A stretch of 62,181 nucleotides of DNA from Bacteroidales bacterium. Lineage in GTDB: Bacteria; Bacteroidota; Bacteroidia; Bacteroidales; JAAUTT01. The position numbers and the translations under genes were made by a program. The stretch covers positions 1 through 62,181 of the forward strand of contig JANYAP010000017.1 in assembly GCA_025361285.1 (NCBI GenBank), written 5' to 3'. This document shows positions 56,639-62,181 of this stretch, piece after piece. The notes under the pieces are model-generated. The model searched no databases. It had not been told where the DNA came from and saw only the letters and a program-made list of their open reading frames with translations. How positions within the stretch are numbered: position 1 is the first letter of the stretch; each line of letters opens with the position of its first letter.

Positions 56639-56914
56639 CTATTTTATTTCTTTAAACACATACTTGTAAATGCCCCAAACGGCTAAAACGCTACCAGTTA
56701 AGGCGAACAAGCTTATGCCTAAAGCAGTTAACCCTAATGTATCGAGGCTACTCATTATCTTATTATCGGAACCAGCCTTCAAGCCAAGTGTAAACAGTAA
56801 TAAATAAATAGTTATGGTCGAAAGTTTTTCGGAAGTCATTGATATCCTTGACTTTTTATGAAGCAATACACCAATGATAATACCAGCAATAAGAAAAAAT
56901 AGGACGATAAACAT
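56639..56914 (-). CDS. LysO-family (DUF340) exporter, small subunit
   Basis: 91 aa with 3 TM helices, directly upstream of the large subunit. Confidence 0.65.
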   Translation of the reverse strand: MFIVLFFLIAGIIIGVLLHKKSRISMTSEKLSTITIYLLLFTLGLKAGSDNKIMSSLDTLGLTALGISLFALTGSVLAVWGIYKYVFKEIK

Positions 56915-56946
56915 GGATGGAATGAGCTATGCAATTAAATGTTAGC

Positions 56947-58299
56947 CTATTGCTCGAAGAAAAAATCCTGCAATTCGTAAATATCCTTTGAGGAAAAATC
57001 GGACGTGAAATCGAAGAAATTGTCAATCGACTTAAGTAATTCATCGAATGATATATATCCATCGCCATCGGTATCGGTCGATTTAAACTTGGGAGGAATA
57101 GGCTGCGAAGGTTTTCCGCTATATTTATTTTGAGCGCGGTGCATTAGCAGAAATACTTCAACGTCCTTACGATTAATGGCTTCGACATTTAGCGATGCTG
57201 CTAATTTATCTTTGTCTATCTCAACTCCATCATTATCAACCATTGCCATGGCGCGGGTGGCTAAGTCCTTATCCATATAATTAGGAATACCGTCCTTATC
57301 ATCATCAATTGGGCAACCCAACGAATCTACCAATACTCCTTGAGGTGTGTTAAAGCATTTATCCATAAGGTCTCTAACTCCATCGTTGTCCTCATCACCA
57401 TACATTGCGTAATCGAAATTGTCAATTTCAGCAAATAGTTTTTCAATTATCTTAGTTTTTGCATCGGAAAACAAATCGAGGTGCAAAGTAAAGTAACTCA
57501 TTGTAAACATGTCGTTTTTACCATTACCCTTATAAGCAGGATTAGCATTTTTAGAGCCTATTCCATCAATATTTTGCGTCAATGTAAAGTGGTACGATTG
57601 CCCAACTCTTAGGTTTACCCTATCGGACACAGCAAAATCGAATCCTATATCTATAGGAATGGCAAACGTATTTTGCGAGTAATCGCCATTATTAAACGAG
57701 CGAAGGTCGGTTTCGTATTTGTAATCGCGTGTAATTATTTTGTTTGGCTGTAATGGTAGAGTTTCACTACTATTTCGTAATGTTCCATCAGTCCAATAAA
57801 AGTACTTATTGCCTTCTTTGTCAATTAAATCGGTTTTTGAATTGAACGAAATATTCTCTAAACCTGCCGATACAAACGGTCGCACTGGACTTTTCTTTAT
57901 AATGTGGCGAAAATCGTAATGCACATTTAACCCGAAGGTTATAATATCCGACGAAAAGTTGCGGTTAAAGGATGAGTCTAACGACTGTTCGCTGCCCTTT
58001 AGAGAACCAAAAATAAGTACAAAGTTAGTTTTGAAATAATGCTTATTATCAAGAAATGTAGCAACATTCAATCTATACGCTGGGCTTCCTAGAACCGAAC
58101 TGCGGTTATTGCTTCGTAAATCTCCATAAAAATTCAACACACCCAAGCCAAAACCCATAACAGGCTTATATACTGGATTTTCTACCTTAACCTCTTCGCG
58201 TAACAACGAATTTAAATACTCTTCCTCATCTACTTGAGCAATAGCTACAAAAGAATTTACCAGAAGCGAAAAAATAAGTAAAAGTTTAAACCTTTTCAT
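56947..58299 (-). CDS. outer-membrane beta-barrel protein with thrombospondin type-3 repeats and a C-terminal EF-hand
   Basis: Signal peptide plus an N-terminal barrel-like region. DEDNDGVRDLMDKC...DDDKDGIPNYMDKD are TSP3 Ca-binding repeats. DTDGDGYISFDEL is an EF-hand loop. Confidence 0.65.
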   Translation of the reverse strand: MKRFKLLLIFSLLVNSFVAIAQVDEEEYLNSLLREEVKVENPVYKPVMGFGLGVLNFYGDLRSNNRSSVLGSPAYRLNVATFLDNKHYFKTNFVLIFGSLKGSEQSLDSSFNRNFSSDIITFGLNVHYDFRHIIKKSPVRPFVSAGLENISFNSKTDLIDKEGNKYFYWTDGTLRNSSETLPLQPNKIITRDYKYETDLRSFNNGDYSQNTFAIPIDIGFDFAVSDRVNLRVGQSYHFTLTQNIDGIGSKNANPAYKGNGKNDMFTMSYFTLHLDLFSDAKTKIIEKLFAEIDNFDYAMYGDEDNDGVRDLMDKCFNTPQGVLVDSLGCPIDDDKDGIPNYMDKDLATRAMAMVDNDGVEIDKDKLAASLNVEAINRKDVEVFLLMHRAQNKYSGKPSQPIPPKFKSTDTDGDGYISFDELLKSIDNFFDFTSDFSSKDIYELQDFFFEQ

Positions 58300-58322
58300 T
58301 TAGTTTCTATTGTATCGAAATG

Positions 58323-59813
58323 TTATTGATACCAACGCTGGCTTCCAATCATTAATGCTTCCTGAACAGTAATGCGTTTGCCATCGTTATATGCCGATAC
58401 AAACGCATCATTTATCGACGTTGTATTCCATAAATGTACCCGATAATCCCGAGCCACTTTGTAAGCATCAAACGACCCTACCGAATATTTAATCCAACCG
58501 TCGTGTTTCTCTTTCAATACTAACGTATCAAGCTGAAACTTGCGGAAATACTTTTTCATATTTACTGGTTTATGGCCTGCAGCTATCTGTACCCTAAAAT
58601 ATAAGCCAGTTTGTGGCTCCAGCAAGTCGGCTACTTCGTTTTGGTTTGCCACTTTTCGCTCGGCAGTAACATTTAAAGTATTTTCGGCAATAGTTGGCGT
58701 TTTAGTTTCTATTTTAACTTCGGGCTTAACCTCCACAATTGGTTCAACTGCAACCTCTTTATTAACTACAAGTTTATTAGCAGACTTAACTGGATCGATT
58801 GCTGATGCTTGCTCGGTAGTGTTTTTAGGATTTTCTACAACAGTTTGTTTTACTGCGGGTTGCGTTGGCATAGTATTTTGCGCAACTAGTTGAGGAGTAA
58901 TTGTTTGTTGCTGTAATATATTTTTTACCATCTCTGGCGTAAGGTTGGCTAAGCTAACTTCCTTTTCTATAACATTAATAGTTTGGGTTTTATCCTCGAT
59001 GATGTACGAAAAAACACCTTTTATTGCAATTTGTTTTATGTCGGTGTTTTTCATGGGAATAAGCTTGTAACTAACTGTAAAATATGGATCTACAGGCAAA
59101 TTCATCCATAGAAATTTAGCTTTGTTGTCTTTAAAAGTAAATACACCATCCTTGCTTTCTACTGCAAGCGCTGTGTAGCCTGGAGGCACAAGCTCCTCAA
59201 TTTTAGCAAATTTCTTTAAACTTTCCTTGTTAACTAGCAAAGTAACAATATATTCGTTGTTGTTGTCGTGCCATGTTGGCTTTTGGCGAACACATGCAAG
59301 AGTGCCTTCTGGAGCTCCCATTTGAGGCAATGCCGAACGTCCAAAATCCTTAATATCAACTAATAGGTTTGCATCGATAGAAGGAGAAGGAACAATTGCT
59401 AACGTTTGAGGCTGAATATCAACTGTTTTACGTTCATTATTGTCGATATACGAAAATTTGCCCGCTAAATCGAAACTGCCCTTAAAACGCTCGTTACATT
59501 GAATATTAAATGAAAACGAAATATCTTCGTCTTCCGGCAACCGCAACCATATTAAGCGTACTTTCTGATCCTTGAAACTAAAATCGGCGTTGGCCGAATA
59601 AATATTCGTTGCAGTAACTCCTGGCGGCAGCTCCATTTGAAAACGCGAAAAACCCGACACTTCACCTTTTTTAAGTGTTACCTCAACTTTCAAGTCCTGC
59701 CCAGCATTAATTTGCGATAGAATATTCACCGACACAGATATATCGCCAGTTAACAGTAAGTTAGCAAATAATACTCCTAACATCTGAAAGACAACAATGT
59801 ACAGTCGAATCAT
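58323..59813 (-). CDS. SPOR-domain protein with two internally duplicated N-terminal beta-domains and a Pro/Val/Glu/Lys-rich linker
   Basis: C-terminus YFRVQIAAGHKPVN...GWIKYSVGSFDAYKVARDYR...DAFVSAYNDGKRITVQEAL is SPOR-like. The segments ...ELPPGVTATNIYSANADFSFKDQKVRLIWLRLP and ...ELVPPGYTALAVESKDGVFTFKDNKAKFLWMNLP are paralogous. Confidence 0.6.
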   Translation of the reverse strand: MIRLYIVVFQMLGVLFANLLLTGDISVSVNILSQINAGQDLKVEVTLKKGEVSGFSRFQMELPPGVTATNIYSANADFSFKDQKVRLIWLRLPEDEDISFSFNIQCNERFKGSFDLAGKFSYIDNNERKTVDIQPQTLAIVPSPSIDANLLVDIKDFGRSALPQMGAPEGTLACVRQKPTWHDNNNEYIVTLLVNKESLKKFAKIEELVPPGYTALAVESKDGVFTFKDNKAKFLWMNLPVDPYFTVSYKLIPMKNTDIKQIAIKGVFSYIIEDKTQTINVIEKEVSLANLTPEMVKNILQQQTITPQLVAQNTMPTQPAVKQTVVENPKNTTEQASAIDPVKSANKLVVNKEVAVEPIVEVKPEVKIETKTPTIAENTLNVTAERKVANQNEVADLLEPQTGLYFRVQIAAGHKPVNMKKYFRKFQLDTLVLKEKHDGWIKYSVGSFDAYKVARDYRVHLWNTTSINDAFVSAYNDGKRITVQEALMIGSQRWYQ

Positions 59814-59957
59814 AATTGCAAGGTTAGGGGGTTAATTATTACAATATCAGCAAATTTACGAATTAGTTGGTATAAATGCATAAAAGTACACCCAAAGTTA
59901 GTACAATGTTAATAAATTCAAATTTTGTTAATAACTTATTGATATCGTGAAAAATTT

Positions 59958-60058
59958 ACTGTAGGCTGTAGACTGACTGTAGGCTGTAGGCTAGAGGATG
60001 TAGCAGAACAGTTTATAGATTGTAACGAAGTTCCTACAGCCTCTAGCCTACAGCCTTA
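59958..60058. repeat. CTGTAGG/CCTACAG microsatellite arranged as a 16-bp perfect-stem hairpin
   Basis: GGCTGTAGGCTAGAGG (59982-59997) pairs with CCTCTAGCCTACAGCC (60040-60055). Both arms are embedded in tandem CTGTAGG units. Confidence 0.8.
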
Positions 60059-60072
60059 ATAGTTAAACTGTT

Positions 60073-60188
60073 ATGCACAATACTTTGGCGCATTTTTTCA
60101 ACTTGCTAATAATTAGCAACTTGAAATATTTTAATATTTCTATGTATTTCAACGTATTACAAATTACGTGGAAATTGAAAAATTTGAA
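60073..60188 (-). repeat. Intergenic repeat family A, copy 3 (reverse orientation, single CAAGTTG unit)
   Basis: The reverse complement reads TTCAAATTTTTCAATTTCCACGTAATTTGTAATACGTTGAAATACATAGAAATATTAAAATATTTCAAGTTGCTAATTATTAGCAAGTTGAAAAAATGCGCCAAAGTATTGTGCAT. Confidence 0.8.
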
Positions 60189-60336
60189 GCTTTATTTTGT
60201 GCTTTACTTATAAAATTTCAATTATTCGCTCATATTTTTCACATTTATTAATAAAAAATATTTTTACGGCATCATTTATTGGAAAATACTTTCTATCTTT
60301 TCAAAGTCTAAAACAACACCTAAAAAAGGAGGAAAA

Positions 60337-61968
60337 ATGATTTCATGGTTAAAAAACAATGATGCTTTAGGTACAGTAAACCGAGGCGTGCCTTGCGAAT
60401 CGGGTCTATGTACCCTTTGTCTTTCGTCGTGTAAAGGTACTTGCGAAACTTGGCTATCATCTCTGGTTGGCCGCAAAATACTATACCCGCGTAATTTCGG
60501 CGATATTACTGCCGGTGCTAATAATATTACTGCTGTGGGTGCAGGTTATCATGCATTACGAATTCAGGGTTATGCCTATGGATCGCATGGTGTTACTAAC
60601 AATAGCCCCGATCACTGTCTTTTTACAAACGTAAATGTAGAAACCGAATTTGGCACAAACGTAAAAACCAAATGCCGCCTACCTATTATGACAGGCGCTC
60701 TTGGTTCGACTTTTATTGCCGCTAAATACTGGAACTCATTTGCTGTTGGTGCTGCTCTTTGCGGCATTCCTATTGTAGTGGGTGAAAATGTAGTTGGTGT
60801 CGATAAACTGTCTGAATTATCGGGAGGTAAAATTAAAAACTCGCCTGAGCTTAACCGTCGCGTTGATACCTTTTTAAAGTATTATGATGGATATGGAGCT
60901 ATTATTGTTCAAATGAATGTTGAAGATACTCGTAATGGCGTTGCCGAATATATTATTGATAAATATGGCGATAAAGTAATTATTGAACTAAAGTGGGGAC
61001 AAGGCGCTAAAGACATAGGTGGCGAAATTCAGGTTGAGAGTATTGAATATGCAAAATTCTTAAAAGACAGAGGCTATTTGGTTGATCCTGACCCATATAA
61101 TGCTTCCGTTCAGGCAGCTTACGAATCACGCGCTATTACTTCGTTTGCACGTCATAGCCGTTTAGGAGGCACCGATTTGGCTAGCCCCGATGAAGTTCAA
61201 AAATCGTTTATGGAGTCGATAGGTTATTTGCGTAAACTAGGTTACAAGCGAATTACTCTTAAAACTGGAGCTTATGGAATGGAAGCTCTGGCAATGGCCA
61301 TAAAATATTGCTCTGATGCAAAATTAGACTTATTAACTATCGACGGCGCTGGTGGCGGTACCGGCATGAGCCCTTGGAATATGATGCAACATTGGGGTGT
61401 GCCTTCATTAGCATTGCATGCAAAAACTTATGAATATTGTAAAGTACTTAAGGATAAAGGAAAATTTGTACCCGACATCTCATTGGCAGGAGGTTTCGCT
61501 CGCGAAGATCATATTTTCAAAGCTATGGCTTTAAGTGCTCCTTTCACTAAATTAGTTTGTATGGGCCGCGCTCCTATGATTCCAGGTTATCTGGGTAGTA
61601 ATATTGAAGGCGTATTTAAACCCGAAAAACGCGCTTCAATACACGGACATTGGGAAGAACTACCTGCATCGGTTACGTCGGTAGGAAAATATCCCGAAGA
61701 AATATTTGCCGGATGGGAAGAAGTTAAAAACAAAGTAGGCAAAGATGAAATGAAGAATATCCCTTTTGGTGCGATTGCAATGTACACTTATACCGACAAA
61801 CTGAAATGCGGCTTCCAACAGTTTATGGCTGGTGCTCGTAGGTTTAATGTATCCGAGATGACCCGCGAAGACCTTATTTCATCGAATAGAGAAACTCAGG
61901 AATTAACAGGTATCCCTTTTATGACTGAAGCTCTTAACGATCAAGCTCTTAAAATATTGAATTCGTAA
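60337..61968 (+). CDS. FMN-binding glutamate synthase-related (GltB domain-2-like) protein with N-terminal Cys cluster
   Basis: N-terminal cluster CESGLCTLCLSSCKGTC. TIM-barrel motifs ELKWGQGAK and TIDGAGGGTGMSP. 543 aa. Confidence 0.75.
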   Translation: MISWLKNNDALGTVNRGVPCESGLCTLCLSSCKGTCETWLSSLVGRKILYPRNFGDITAGANNITAVGAGYHALRIQGYAYGSHGVTNNSPDHCLFTNVNVETEFGTNVKTKCRLPIMTGALGSTFIAAKYWNSFAVGAALCGIPIVVGENVVGVDKLSELSGGKIKNSPELNRRVDTFLKYYDGYGAIIVQMNVEDTRNGVAEYIIDKYGDKVIIELKWGQGAKDIGGEIQVESIEYAKFLKDRGYLVDPDPYNASVQAAYESRAITSFARHSRLGGTDLASPDEVQKSFMESIGYLRKLGYKRITLKTGAYGMEALAMAIKYCSDAKLDLLTIDGAGGGTGMSPWNMMQHWGVPSLALHAKTYEYCKVLKDKGKFVPDISLAGGFAREDHIFKAMALSAPFTKLVCMGRAPMIPGYLGSNIEGVFKPEKRASIHGHWEELPASVTSVGKYPEEIFAGWEEVKNKVGKDEMKNIPFGAIAMYTYTDKLKCGFQQFMAGARRFNVSEMTREDLISSNRETQELTGIPFMTEALNDQALKILNS

Positions 61969-61989
61969 TTAATGCCATTCAATAAAATC

Positions 61990-62020
61990 AAAAAAAGGTC
62001 GGGTTACCGACCTTTTTTTG
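61990..62020 (+). terminator. rho-independent terminator
   Basis: AAAAAAA-GGTCGG-GTTA-CCGACC-TTTTTTT, 20 nt after the TAA at 61966-61968. Confidence 0.8.
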
Positions 62021-62047
62021 ATACTAAGGCTTTGTAGTTAAATAAGT

Positions 62048-62150
62048 CATACGATTTGCTGTCATTCCGACGCAGGTCGGAACCGAGTTTACGAGCTCGC
62101 CGAAGGCAATCCATTAGTGGTGCTGTCATCCCGACGTAGGTCGGGATCTC
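62048..62150 (+). repeat. Repeat family C (REP/BIME-like), copy 3; second arm in direct rather than inverted orientation
   Basis: AAGTCATACGATTTGC-TGTCATTCCGACGCAGGTCGGAA-CCGAGTTTACGAGCTCGCCGAAGGCAATCC-ATTAGTGGTGC-TGTCATCCCGACGTAGGTCGGGA. Confidence 0.8.
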
Positions 62151-62181
62151 AAACGAATGTTCGCCAGTAATGCAATAGCTT

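Overview
This 62 kb window looks like a chromosomal segment of a Bacteroidota genome. The signs are T9SS C-terminal sorting domains, a UpxY-type NusG paralog, a FISUMP lipoprotein, TonB-dependent uptake, mostly Shine-Dalgarno-less starts, and moderate-to-low GC by eye. I recognised no rRNA, tRNA, CRISPR array, integrase or transposase. Housekeeping genes (trmD, folD, ffh, argS) are mixed with envelope and accessory genes.

Main blocks, left to right:
- 1-6.5 kb: penicillin-acylase fragment, POTRA-less Omp85-like barrel, PAS-rich hybrid histidine kinase, OmpA-family protein.
- 6.8-11.7 kb: orphan UpxY-like antiterminator, divergent from a hypothetical gene plus a WbaP-like initiating sugar transferase, then a LuxR/HisKA_3 two-component pair.
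- 12-20 kb: trmD, a solitary AddB-like nuclease, an orphan double-ATPase ABC protein, VapBC, and an acyl-CoA dehydrogenase.
- 21.3-28 kb: a cluster of amidohydrolase, DUF5009-like acyltransferase, amidohydrolase and a DUF5107/TPR giant.
- 28.4-35.2 kb: a nucleotide-sugar cassette (WbpE/D/B/A-like, galE, rfbB). It is bracketed by two decayed genes (an FGGY kinase remnant and a FISUMP pseudogene) and interrupted by a small two-gene cassette (small protein plus retropepsin-like aspartic protease).
- 36-43 kb: NMO/FabK-like gene, LytTR membrane regulator, folD, ffh, argS.
- 43.2-54.5 kb: a cobalamin-riboswitch-controlled minus-strand locus. It holds a DUF4465-like lipoprotein, a T9SS-CTD protein, a BtuB-like receptor, a beta-propeller lipoprotein, a T9SS-secreted Lys-C-like S1 protease, BtuFCD-like ABC parts and a small unknown ORF.
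- 54.7-62 kb: NdpA-like nucleoid protein, split LysO exporter, an OMP with TSP3/EF-hand repeats, a SPOR protein, and an FMN glutamate-synthase-related protein.

The most unusual signals are non-coding:
- Three unrelated intergenic repeat families.
- One of them, a 3-copy element, is built from ATTTCAAC half-sites with two hairpins.
- Another is a REP/BIME-like family whose core is inverted relative to its flanks between copies.
- There is also a 197 bp element with nested hairpins beside folD, and CCTNNANNN-type microsatellite spacers.

The protein-level candidates I rate highest for novelty are the riboswitch-linked secreted protease and the retropepsin-like two-gene cassette. All homology statements come from motif recognition by eye and need database confirmation.
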